In this document: piece after piece, positions 23,252 to 35,485 of the stretch
How the letters are laid out: each line of letters opens with the position of its first letter
Numbering within the stretch: the stretch's first letter is position 1
Source of the DNA: Zygnema circumcarinatum SAG 698-1b
Lineage: Eukaryota > Plantae > Zygnematophyceae
Assembly (NCBI GenBank): GCA_037447605.1
Contig: CM074807.1
Coordinates: 1,240,001-1,304,000 of the forward strand
Reading direction: 5' to 3'
Length of the DNA: 64,000 bases
Position numbers and translations under genes: made by a program
Notes under the pieces: model-generated
Database searches by the model: none
Told to the model about the DNA's origin: nothing
What the model saw: the letters and a program-made list of their open reading frames with translations, nothing else

Positions 23252-24972
23252 GCGCCTGTTCAAAAGGTAAATTAATTATGGAGTTTAGAAAACTGTTTTG
23301 CAGCCAGACCCAGAATGGCTTTCCTTTCGTGTGATCTCTGAAATGCAGTACTTGTTGAAGTGCGGTGAATAGGAATAGGTCTTGTTATGAGGGTGGATTA
23401 CTACCATTTTCTGTGGAATTCAACGTTTTTATTGTTTCAGGGCGGCTAGGCAGGTTTTTCTTGCGTTTAGCGTTAGATAGGTCCCTGTGCAGCAATTTCC
23501 CCTCCTTAGAACTTGACAAATTCAGTTTCTTAGAAGTAACTAAGCAATAGCTGGTTACCTGGCTTAGATTCCAATAGCCTTCTCGATGGATGTTGAAGGC
23601 GAGTGGGTTCGAGTTTGTGGCCTCGTGCGTAATTTCATTCACACTCTAACGGGACAGGTTCAGTTCTGTAAGTTTAAAAACATATTGAGCATATTGCTAG
23701 GATGACGATGTGCACGATGATGGAATTATGTTTCTGAGGGAGATGATGTACATGATGATGTGATGATGTGAGGATGATGTGCACAAATGAAGAGCGATGG
23801 AATGATGATGGGTGATTTTGCTTAAGCATAATAAGCATCCTAACGAAGGCGGGCCATTTCTTGCATGACAGCATAAAGCATTCTAGGGATGTGAGTTATG
23901 GCCTGAACCAGATGCGCGCTTGTGCAGTGCAGCTCAAATAGAGGCTTTTGAGCAACGACGACAACAAGCGCTGCAATTTGCATTTGGATCGGACCTCTGC
24001 GTTGCATGCAAGGCACTGCAACTTCGACAGTTGGATGCCGTGGTAACGAGTTAAGGTGTGGTTTTGACAGTTGCGGTTCGGATAACGCAAGCGAATTCTG
24101 TTCTGTACTATAAAGACATTGTGTATGTCGCCCATCTTTTCCTCTTCGTCTAGATTTTTTTGTAGAAAAGCACTCATTTCTTCAAAAAAGAACAATAATC
24201 GAGCTTTTTAAGTTCTTCACAAATCAGCAAGACTAATAGCAAATCTATCCTGCAACCAGAGGTGTCGACGAAAAGGGGTGCGAATCAAGAAAGAGAAAGT
24301 AAAAATTGAGAGGGTCTCTCTCGGCTTTTGGAAGCTTCAACTCGGCACAGTCACGGTTCCGTCATTCCGTCCATGTACGGGGGACGGACGAAGGCATGGG
24401 ACACCCGTGAATGGTGTGTTCGACGGCTCCCGTTTGGGATGTTGCGGGTGCAAGGTCGAACGTTGGGAATTTTCGAATGTGGTGTGGGTGAGAGGACGGT
24501 ACGTTAAGCGCGCAGAGTAGACAGAGGGAAGGGAAAAGGGGGGGGGAGAGGAATGGAGAGAGGCAGGCAACGAGGGAGGGATGGTGCTTGACAACCTGAC
24601 GGCATCTATGTCACGCAGAGCATGACATGAGCCTGCTCTTTACATCCGCAACGTCATCGCGCATCCTCACACAACATCATCGCTTTCCATCTAATTTTGA
24701 GACAATGAATCGCCAAAATTAAAGAGCAAAGAGCCGTGCAAAACATGAAAAATTATGTAAAAAAGTGAGCGATGCTCTCATCAGTGGAGACCAGCATGTA
24801 CCGCCGACAAGGTCCTCTTGCGTAGTTACTGCGCATGGCTTGGACATTCTCCTCTCCAATGGTCACAAAAATTCGTCAAGGCTTGGAATGTTAAGTTAGA
24901 CATTCGAATGAAAAGTCCTCCAAGTGGCGGACGATTGACTTTGGGCAGAAAGGAGGACAACTGGAAGTGAGC

Positions 24973-27900
24973 TCAAGCAGGGGTGAGTCCCACAACGCCT
25001 GCCACCCCCCCGGCCCCCAATAGGTTGGCACAGCTGCCATTGAGAAGAAGGTATGGGAAGGGCGTGTAGGGCTTAGGAAGGAACTCCTTCCCACCTTGCC
25101 AGTCCGCCTCTAGAGGAGGATGAACGGACTGCCACTTCTGCCCCCTCGAGATTGAAATTTGCTTACAAGACATCTAAATACCGAACAGCAGATAGTCCAC
25201 ACATTCTTGGGAAAGCTTTGGAAAGGTACCGCAAGCAAGACGGCCGCCTGCATTGCCGGTTGTGCGGCTGAGCTCAACCCCACCTGCAGAGGCCATAGAG
25301 AGAGGGAGGGGAGTAAGAGACGAGAGGCATGTGGTAAGTCTGTTTCCATACAAAATCTCTAAAACTGCTCTCCGCATTAGCCTGTGTTAAATTCTCTCGT
25401 CCTGCATCATGAGGTCTTGAATGCGACTGCACCTTCAAGCGGTGCATCTGTGAAATGACTTAAAAGAAGGAACTTCTCAATGGACCCCTCGCTGATGCAC
25501 ACTATGGCGCAGTACTCACCTTTGCCAAGGTCATCTTCGAGCTCGTGCACCACGAATGCGCGGCCAACGACAGAGTTCACCCCAGACAAAGGAATCTGCA
25601 CAAGATGGAGAGTGGGATGAAGCCAAGAGTCCGAAGTTGTGCATGTGCAAAAAATAAGGAGAATAAGGAGAATGATGTATAGAGTGTGGAATAACCGCAA
25701 AGAAGAATCCAGGATTGCGGCAATTAACGAAGAATGAAACGCAAGGCTCAAAATAGATAGATCAGAAATATCTGACCTGTGAGTCGATCATTTCTGCCTC
25801 GGCCAAACCTGCAGGACCGCATGCAGTCCGGCCGTCAGAAGCAGCAAAATCTCAGGCTCAAAAAAAACTGGTCATATGCTTAGTAAGCTGAAATCGGCGA
25901 GACAAAGATATTTATCACTCACGTGCGACATGCTCAGGAATCTCGAAAGAAAATCGTTCAAGCAGCCGACCTCAAAGCCTTCTCATAACAGTTACAAGCC
26001 TTCAGCATACAAGGGAGGGTTCCGATGAGCAGGCACTCGAAACACACTACCTATTGATGGACAACCCTACAGGGAAAATTGCATCTAATAGCTATTCCTA
26101 AACCCTAAACCCTGAAGCCAGAGTCAGCCCTATAGCACGTACCATTCTCGTCCGCCAACACATTGCCCAAATCCCCCGCATGCCGCACCTCATCGTCCGG
26201 GCTGCCATGTGTTAAACCCTTAGGGTTGAAGTGGGGTCCTGCCTCCCAATAGCAGGTCCTTTCGCTCAGTAGTAGTACAATGTCACCACTTCGGTGGGTT
26301 ACAAAGTTGAGAGCATGATTTGATGGAACGAATAGAATAGAGGGGCAAGCTCACATAGCATGCAACAGTTGAAAGAAACAGAGGTCGGATGTCAAACACT
26401 TAGGTGTTGCGAGCAGCCAAGAAGAACTGTTGCCGTTCGTTACGAATGTGTTTAGTTGAATAAGGGCTTCATTTAGCACGAGTTAGAAATGTATAGCTTT
26501 AAAGCCCCATAGAGCAGTGGTGGTGGCTGAGGGGCTCACCAGTTGAGATGCAGCCGTTGGTAGTATCTCCGAATTGGTGCTGCAATGCCCACAACAAGTC
26601 CAAGCTGAATTTGTTCATAATCATAACAACAGGAGTAGTAAGCGCCGGACTTACATCCTCGAAGGCAGATAACTTATAGTTTTGACAACTCTTGGATGTA
26701 CTTGCATATGGCTTCTTTAACTTCACGTGCTTTCCCAGCATAGAATTGGAAGGTAAAAGTGCTCATTTAATAGTAAAACAGACCATAATATACAATACAG
26801 TAACGAGGAAACTACATGGACAACTCTATCGTTCGCTTGCCCTCGCTTCAGACGACAGTTCCTTGACTTAAACATATTCCAATTTGACCAATTTTTCCAA
26901 TTTGAATCTGATTTCAGAGCTGATAGAGCTTCAAAAGAGGGAAGGAACAATGAGATTGAGGTTTCTCCAGACAGTGTTAACTAAGGAGATCAGCTAGATT
27001 TCTGCTAACAGATTAAAAAAAAAGTCATTTCTCCCTTTAAGAGTGACCTATACCGCGTTCTAGTGAAAAGAAATACATACCAAATGGAATCCATGCTTGC
27101 CAGGAGTAAGTCCAGTGATCCGCAGAGTGACCTTTGTTGGCCCTGCACTTTAACAAAAGTATACTTTCAAATAGTACTACTGCAGAAAACAATGCGCTAT
27201 CTGAAAATGATTTGAGCTTCAAGAACTCGTCGGCTAAATGTTTTGACCGAAACATGCGAAACTTCAATATCTTCTAGTTAGAAGCAAGGATATCAAATTC
27301 TCTGCGCTCCGCTTAGGCCGTGAAGAGATGCAAAGACCAGTATTCGCAGTCACAAATGATACCTCCGAAAGGAGGATATGCGAGATGCATGCACTCTACT
27401 CTCTCTATAAGCCTCCAATACATTATTCACTACGATAATGAGATGGCACAAGTTCCACAAAAGGATTCGTTACAAGCTTGTTCAAAAAGGCCTATTTCCA
27501 GGCTTACAAGGTTAAGAAATCATTGACAGTAAGACTAGACTGCCATCACAAGTCAGCTGACTAAATCATGACTGATAGTCTTAATGCAACACTTCGTGCC
27601 TCTGCTCTTGGCAGGAAAGACCAACCATCACCGCTCACCATCGCCTTCTTGCAGAAGGCTAACAACTCCTTCAACTCCCGCGGTTCCTTTTAAAACTGCA
27701 ACAGCCTTCTTCGTCTCCGTGAACGCCTGAGATGGAGCTGGACGACAGAAAAGAGAGGAAGGTTTAGAAAAATGGCATTATTAAGGCAAGAGCAAAAAAT
27801 GTGCCTCAAAAAGCTTCCTTTGATAGTTTTTAAGAAATAATAGTGTGCCTCTTCCCCGCCTATCCATTCTCTACGTTTCCTTAGAGCAGAGTACAAGTGT

Positions 27901-28532
27901 TTTCAAAATCTTCATAAAAAAAAATACTGTCCACGGCTAAAAAACTGCAAGACCTTTCCGTCTGAGTATTTTTTGGAGAATTAACCAATCTTCAGGAGGC
28001 ATAGAAATGGGTTTGTGTGTGTGTCAATAAGAAGTTGAGTAAACGCAGCCCTTACAACAGCGTCGAGCTCCTGAGCTGAGCTAGTCAGGCACAGGAACTG
28101 CTTTGCTGCTATACATGGATGCACTACTAGAAAAGAGAACATCTACAACCACTGTACTGTTGAAAAACACATTCCAATGTTATATGTTTATAAATTCAGC
28201 CGAAGAAAGTCAGGAAAATAAGCACGGCAGCGTTGCAGAACCATGATACCTGCTTGTGCTCTCTCTCCTACCAACTGAGCCGCTACAGGAGCAGCAAGCA
28301 GAAGCGCTGCCGACCGCCTCGGAATGGATGAAGGGGTAGACCGCCCTTGCTCTGACAGCTGCTCTCCCTCACGCGCGTTGGTATCCTCCCCTCGAGCTCT
28401 CACAAAGCATGCACCTGAAGCTCTTTGCCACCTGCAGCTGCCTCTGCTTGCGACAGGCGGCCATTGCGAGGCACTGCTTGTGAGAGGAAGAAAACTTGTA
28501 GAAGAAACTGCTGCACAAAAAAGCTGCGCCAT
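24973..28532 (-). CDS. CSD2: Chloroplast-type Cu/Zn superoxide dismutase with a PPD2-derived bipartite (Tat lumen-type) presequence exon
   Basis: Nine exons: 28532-28250, 27737-27639, 27142-27081, 26579-26540, 26238-26143, 25808-25777, 25595-25520, 25283-25230, 24998-24973. All are GT-AG and phase-compatible. Mature part: [16 protein letters not shown]...[41 protein letters not shown]...[43 protein letters not shown]. All Cu/Zn ligands, both disulfide Cys and the catalytic Arg are present. SOD identity is certain. Assignment of exon 1 rests on phase match, position and the lack of another clear candidate in the intervening sequence. Confidence 0.92.
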
Positions 28533-28960
28533 TTCCTTGATGACAGCCTTCCACCTAAAAGCTTGCCTGCGGTCGATAGAAAATGCGAGCCTTTTTTAGC
28601 GACAACAGTTTGTGCACGGCGATGTTTAACGTTCCTGACGGGAAGAGTTTGAAGAGACAAGGAATGGCAGGCGGCGAAAGCTACGGCAGCCATGCTTGCC
28701 TCCATGAAGCGCACTGTATCAAATTTCATTTGCAGTTTCAGCAGTGGTCCTGTCTCGGCAGCAGTCTCCTTTGCCAGCTGCGCTTTCTGCTGGTGTGGCC
28801 CCACTTTCTCGTCTCGAAGGTGGTGGTCCGCCATGACGGCGGATGTAGTGACCTTTCTTGCCATTAGAGTTTCGTTAACGTGCAGAAAACAAAAAATGTG
28901 GCAAGGAAAAATATCTGTTTATCATACTAAATTGTTGTGAATCCGTGGTCTCTTGTTGTT
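28240..28960. repeat. Copy 2 of the local segmental duplication (now SOD exon 1 + promoter + DUF3593 relic)
   Basis: Same orientation as copy 1, about 7.2 kb downstream. See the shared blocks listed for 21050-21830. Confidence 0.88.
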
Positions 28961-29465
28961 CCTCTCCCATTGCATTCTTAATAAAAAGCAATTAGTTTGC
29001 CATCATCTTGGAAATGCTGAGAAATCGTTGTGTTTAGAATATTGGCAGGCATTGTGCTCTGTTCTCAAAAGTTGTAAATTTTGCGGCCTTCTGAATGCAC
29101 TTCGAAACAATTAATTGAGAACTTCTCAGTCAGTCGTCACAGAAAGCCCTTTACGTCTTTTGCTTGCTTGCTTCGGCTCAGAGTTCAGTCCGTAGAGTTC
29201 AAAAAATCTCTATGGAAAATAATAATTATTTTTCAGCAACTTGCAAAGGGATGGCAGCTAGCAACGACGAAAGCTGCTCTGCGTTACAGATCGTAACAAG
29301 GCATTTCGGAAGTTCAGTGGTTTGCACTCCGAGTTTGATGCACTCTCTGACTACCGTTTCCGCAGTCACCTTCTCTTGTGTAGGTGTGAGAGCATGAATA
29401 ATGGGAAACGTGCTGAGCGGTCCCTGCTAGTCTCTGATTAGGATTCTATGGTAAGTAAACTTCCT
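28740..29465 (+). pseudogene. Decayed duplicate of the DUF3593 gene
   Basis: Blocks homologous to DUF3593 exon 1 (cagctgcgctttc; ccatgacggcgg; gtggcaagg; tgtgaatccgtggtctc) and to the microexon/donor (ggattctatg|gtaagtaaacttcc at about 29441-29465 vs ggaatttatg|gtaagctgacttcc at 22563-22586). No intact reading frame; stops by 28940. Confidence 0.7.
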
Positions 29466-30746
29466 GCAGGCTCATCGACTGATAGATAAAGATGTCATTC
29501 ACGATGCTTTGAACAAAGTCGATGCTTGGAGTTTCTATGCATCATTCACGAAATGACCATTGATGGCAGATTTCTGCGCATACTTTCATTGCAGCAAAGT
29601 AAGCCTGCCAAGGCCAAGTAAAAATTGTCAGCAGATGCACTTTCCACTTCTTCAACATTGCTGGACATTTTTGTCAATCATTCCGTACTGTAACGACCTG
29701 TAAGTCTATTTGAAGGCAGCGTAAGCAACAGGTCAGAGGTGTCGCAACTGTCGAGAAAGCAGCGAGACACGGCAGCATAACCATGGCAACCTCATCATGT
29801 TTAATTTAAGCTTCTGCTTTGTCACACGTTTCCCTCCTGCTGAGAGCGAGCATGTAGCCAAATGCATCAGCATAGAGAAGAATAGAGGTGTCCCCATATC
29901 AGCAGTTTTGGCAGCTTACTTCATTTTGGCTTCTTTACTTTCTTGACTGGTTACATTCCATGGGGCAGATTCAGCAATCGTGTGAGGGCGACGCAGAGCT
30001 AGAACTCAAAGCAGAGGATTTTGCGATAGCAGGACAGGATGCTGCGGCCATGTGGAGGGAGGCATGGGAGACCAAGAGGCCAATCCACACAAGCTCTCTG
30101 ATTTGTTTCAGGACAACCCAAAAGCGCACAATGAGAGCAGAACAGCAGCAGCACTCGAGCACCGCTCGCAGCCCATCCCTTACACACAGTCCACAGGAAT
30201 CCTGAGCTGCAACCCAGTACGGTACACAGCAGAGACTGACAGTCTAAGTCAATCATCTGTGGGATCTTCCGGGTGAGACATGAAAGCCTTCCCCCACCCT
30301 GCCTTTGAATGAAAATCCCTTCCTGGGGCTACAATCACACGGAATATATTTTGTAAGGCGCCTTAACGGCAGTGGGACGCAGCTGCGCCTTTCTATGCCC
30401 TCCTAGTCTTCTGCTTCCTACTGGCTTAAAAGCTGCTACCATTCAAGGTATTTGAGAGGGGCCTAGAGCCACTACTAAAGGAAAGAGTCCACTTAATGGC
30501 GTTGCCTTTACCTGGCATGCAAGAGCGCCTTTATTTTGGATTTTGGACTTTAACTAATTATTCCCAATCTGCCTCTTCACTGGATTCACTTCCAGCCAAA
30601 GACAATTGTCACAGCAGAGCTGCCCCGGCATACTCTTTCCAAATGGAAGTGCTGTGCCGAATTCGTCACAATAGGAAAGTAAAAAAAAGTGGAAAAAAAG
30701 GCAATCCAGCCTGCCAGTTTGCCTGATTAAATCTCTCTCTAAAACC

Positions 30747-33700
30747 TTAATATCTCCGGCTTGGCTCCCGGAAGAAGGCGTGCTTTAGCGCCTCTCTCGC
30801 AGGTAGTCGTTCAGAGGGCTCGAACTTGAGCAGGCCGTGTAATAGGTCTATCAAAGTTCCCGCAGAGTGCTCCACGTGTTGCATTATGAGGTCCTGTACA
30901 CAAATTAAAGAGACTAGTCATATCCCCTGCTCGAAGAACCAATTGTTTTGGGCTGAAAATTCTAAGTGTGACCACTAAATTAAGGTGCTTGAAGCACAGA
31001 GAAATCTGATAATCCAATTTCTACTTGAGAACGTACTCCTCTACAAATTACAGCAGGATTCAGCCGAGATGTCAGTTTGGACTCAAGTGCAGCTCTCACC
31101 CGCATTCGGGGTAATCTCCTCACTGCTCGGACGCTTTCTCTGGAAACTGCTCCCTCCGGCCAATTCAACTCTCGCCCATGCCGGAAATACTTCTCTGCTC
31201 TTCGGCTGCAACAACATGCGTGCGTTTGTGAGGAAGGATTCTAAACAACAATTGATCATGACAACGTCTGGACTTGTAAATAGCGGGAAATTCTATTTTC
31301 TTTTTCTGTCCTGTCTCATTATTAGCTGTCACCAAGTGGCAACTCTGTAGTGGTGATCTTGGATAAGAAAACGGAAAGTAACGCCTGAGATTTTGGAAGC
31401 CAATACAGATTACGCCATATCAAAGGGGGCTACTTTCTTTCTTCAAGCAGAATGAATGACAGAGTTTCTTTCGAGATCTGAATGAGGTACACACTAAACT
31501 CACGTGTATCATACAAAAGCACGAGTTGCCACGTAGCATCTAGCATGCAATACAATGGCAAAGGTAGCTTTATCACTTACTCTGCCATTTTTATCATCCG
31601 TGGTGGGATTGGCCCAATCACGCGTTCCATCATGGCTAGGTGTTCAAGGTTCTCATGTGTTTGGAACAAGGCATCTCCCTGGTGAATTCCACATCCAAAT
31701 GCATTGTAAGCAATGAACACCTTCCGGCCATACACAACACCTAACCAAAAATCTCTAATAGTACAAACAATGACTAAACAGAGATGTTCTGCAAGGAGGA
31801 ACACATTTCGACTAAAACAGCAGGAATGGCAGCACTCACGGTGACAAGCTCCACCAAAATGCAGCCTATGCTCCAAATGTCGCAAGGGTAAGTCCAACCA
31901 AGACCTGTCCACTCTCTGTTCAAGACGATCAGTACAAGTGCAGGAGCTTCAATTACAGAGCAATAAAGAAAAAACAGCTCATAATCATAGCACATGCGTT
32001 GGGTTTTAGGAAGCTTATGCAGCTATTCAACGTTTGACTCCAAATAAGTGAGTGAAGAAGACCTGCTCACCCAAAATGACTTCAGGTGCTCGGTAGTGGC
32101 GGGTTGACACCACCGAACAGTGGTAGTGACTGTCGAAAGTGGCGCTCCCAAAGTCTATAAGTTTTATCTCACTGCTGCAAGGAATTCGTTTGAGATGTTT
32201 GCTCGGCTGAGCTGACTGCCGTACACAGGCCCAAACAGTCCACAAGGGTCAGAACAACACAGAAAACTGTTGGGCAGCTAAGATCGATCGCCGTTATACT
32301 TTGGGTGTTGTTCCATTGTTATCTTCTGATCAATTCCGAGCGAAGGCATTCTCAGCAGCAGACAGACATAGCCATGGAGTAGGCTGAATGCTCCAACTCC
32401 TACCACTCGTCCCACGTCACATCACTGCCTATTCAATGATTCCAAGGACAAGCATTCTGCCGTTTGCTCAATGTAATACCAGTTACCTTGTATTCTGGAA
32501 CTTTAATGTAATCGGCAGAGTTGAGAAGAATGTTCTCGGGTTTTAAGTCAGTATGTATCAACGTGAGCTCGTGCATGTCTGCAGCAACATCCAACAAGCA
32601 AGCTAAATCATACTTGGCTTACTGACCCATGCATATCGAAAGTGTTCCTAATAACCTAAGGTTCCCTACTCCGTTCAAGCTCATGGTTAGCCCGCCGACA
32701 TGCTAACTGGCGACAAGCATACAAAATTTCCTACGTTAAGTAAAACAGTGGTGAAGGAAAAAGCGCATAGCCGGTCCTAGAGAAAGGGCCTGCAGAACAT
32801 CTTTTTACTGACAGGCAACTGCTTCCAAAAGCTGCCGAGCAAAATCTCGCGCCATGTCGACAGTGAAGGGCTTGTAATTGTTTTTGCGGAGAAAATCATA
32901 CAGACTCGGTCCAAGCCTCTCAAATACCTGCAAAGATTGTCCAGAAATAACTTAACGACTCGATGAGACAGAGAAAGAATGTATTCGCAAAGTAGTGAGT
33001 AACACCACCATAACGAATCGAAGTCTGCAGAACCAAAGCAATTACAACTTCTCCAAAGGACCCTAACATCTCTGATATGCTAGTTGGCTGGCCAATGTAT
33101 GATATAAAACCAGTGTTAGACTAGTCTAGAGGTAAAGTAGACAAGACTAAAGACTATATTAGACTAGGGTAGACTAAAAGTAGGCTACGTGCCCCTTGTT
33201 GCAAGCACAATCTAGTTTCTGCATGGGCAACAAAGTTGTGCACACTTGCTGCATGGGATTTAGAAGATACATGGACGGCGACCAACTAAAATGGTCCATG
33301 ACGACAGAGGCTTCCCAACATTTATGTCTTATTTCTGAGCTTCATTGTGATGGAGTCAAAAGCTTTGTTTTCCTTCTGTTACGATATCAGCCAAAGAATA
33401 AAACGTTTCTCACCATGCAAATGTGGTTGCGGTAGTCGAACCACGCTTTGAGCTGCACACAACCCCTGCACAGAGAGCAAACCTAGGTCAATTGCCGGTA
33501 ACACTTTGACCTTGCTAAGGACTCAATGCAAAAAATGAACAGTGCGTAGATATGTCCCTGCTTTTTGATTGATCAGCAAGCAAGTTCTTCACGGAAGCAA
33601 CATAATGACAAGCTCGCTAAATCTCCACTAAAAAAAAAAGTGAATAAATGGATTTTTTAATACTCAGCTCTAATGAGATTTGACATAGTAGGACTTAGAG

Positions 33701-35098
33701 AACGTTCATGGATTAAAGTTGAAAAGACAACAGGATGTGTTTGCTATGGGATGAGTAAACTTTGAAACCTACATTAGAGCTCCCAAAACTAGACCATGCT
33801 GAGTTTTGATCCGCCAGCGCAGGCAAGTCACAACTAGGCTTCCAAACTACTGAAGAATCTCCAAATTGCACTGGCCATGCAAGCAAAGTACGAACTGCAA
33901 ATCTGTAATTCCGTTGCATTATTATCACTTTCATGCAGATTTTTCTATTAAGACCTAATGTGAACATGGGGGGAGATCATGTCCGCAAGATCCAACGCAC
34001 CGTTGGCCAACTCTATCATGCTTATGAAGTTCTGTAAGCACATCAATTTCGATCATGGCAGCATCCCGGTACTTCTGTACATTCCGAATCACTTTTATGG
34101 CTACGTATTCTTGTGTTTCCCTATCCCAACACTCCATGACTCGTCCAAAGGTTCCTGCAAACGGCGACAAGCATCAAAGTGAGCTATGAAGCTCCGAAAA
34201 AAGGGGCAGACGGAAAAGCCTCCCAGCACTTAGGTGGTTTATACGTGAAATCCGAAACATCATTAAACTACTCTTTGAAATGGAACGCTTCCCTGTGAAA
34301 AGCTAAAAAAAACGCGAATCGGCAAAAGGACGAGAAATGGAAACATAACTTTTAATATCCTGAAAACCCTAAACTTGCGCCTAAGCTTCAGGAAAAAACA
34401 GAGCATGCAAGGTCCGCAAGCATACCTTCGCCAAGTTTGCTCAAAATTTTGTCTGCACCATGGAAACTCAGCAATTTTAGAAAAAAAGTCATGCAGAGCA
34501 CCTCAAGCTAATCAGCGGGCATCCACACGAAAGGAAGGGTATGCTATCGACTGAGCTCAACAAAAGTTACACAGCTCGCCCTTGTGGTTGATCTAAATAA
34601 GAGCCATGAAAGATATGCATCGTAACAAGCATTACATATTGCCAAAAGTTGCTGGAACATTTGTTTGCGTCTTGTAGATCGAAACTCTCTATTTTCGTCC
34701 ATTCTTACATCGAGGAGTTATATTCTCTCCAAGCTCAAACACATAGTGGCCATCTTTGTCATCTTCTCGCCAAGGCGGCGATGCTGGCCGAGTTCCATTC
34801 GCAGGCATTGGAAGGGGGGCAGAAAGGGCCACGGATGGATGTCCTGCTGTCCTCCCTAAGAACAGGTGCTCTTCCCGCCCGCTAGGTCCCGCCTGCTCTC
34901 CCACGCAATCGGCCCAGCCCGAATGCCACCCAGCAGCCCCCCGAAGGTCACCACCAGTGCATACATGCGCAGACGAGACGAGACCTCCTCCACATCGCAG
35001 CAGCGCATCATCCAGAAACGCACCTCATCTGGATCCCCTCTATAGTCGTCCACTCTCGCGCGCTTCTCAGGGCGACCGTCGTATCTGAAGGGCTCCAT
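30747..35098 (-). CDS. AFC: LAMMER-family (AFC/CLK) dual-specificity protein kinase
   Basis: 12 exons traced from [15 protein letters not shown] to FFREPSRRY*. Motifs: [100 protein letters not shown], and the family signature [11 protein letters not shown]. Confidence 0.97.
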
Positions 35099-35338
35099 GC
35101 CTTACAGACTGTCCTCTCCCAGAAGCAACTCCCACATTCCAGCTGGCAAGCTCGCCTCTCGCAGCACTCTGCAGGCAGCAGCCATAGCAGCCAGTTGCAG
35201 AGAGAGCGCGCCCTCGTCTCCCCTCCGCCTTTCTCTCTCCCTCTCCCTCTCCCTCTGATGCCGCGCCCGCCCGAGCTCGCCCTAACCCTAATTCCGCGTC
35301 CGCCCGAGCCCACAATGCATGGGCCGTACGCTCGGCCG

Positions 35339-35400
35339 TAGGGTCTAGGGTCTAATAGTCTAGGGTCTACGGTCTAGGGCCTAGGGTCTAGAGCCTAGAG
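35339..35400. repeat. Telomere-like (TCTAGGG)n degenerate array just upstream of AFC
   Basis: tagggtc tagggtc taatagtc tagggtc tacggtc tagggcc tagggtc tagagcc tagag, about 9 heptamers differing from TTTAGGG by one base. Confidence 0.75.
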
Positions 35401-35432
35401 GTCATCATTTTCACACGTGTCCACGTAGCACA

Positions 35433-35485
35433 TCCAACGGTCGTAACATGTGCCAAAAACTCCGCAAGATCTCATCTAACGGTTA
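35433..35485 (+). promoter_or_regulatory. Pair of MSA-like (MYB3R) elements upstream of AFC
   Basis: TCCAACGGTC at 35433-35442 and TCTAACGGTTA at 35475-35485 match YCYAACGGYY(A). This is a motif match only. Confidence 0.4.

Noticed and set aside
23600-23625. tRNA T-loop-like GGTTCGAGT
   Set aside because: The flanks do not form a T-stem and no cloverleaf is visible.
26161-26183. miR398 target site at the position used in angiosperm CSD2
   Set aside because: Against the recalled miR398 sequence there are many mismatches, including opposite the miRNA 5' end.
28188-28532. A second complete PPD2 gene
   Set aside because: Only exon 1 is duplicated. No PsbP-domain exons were found downstream, where the next in-phase exons are SOD.
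29888-30730. Short ORFs and a possible 3' UTR intron downstream of AFC
   Set aside because: No recognisable protein, and the splice-like signals are too weak to support without transcripts.
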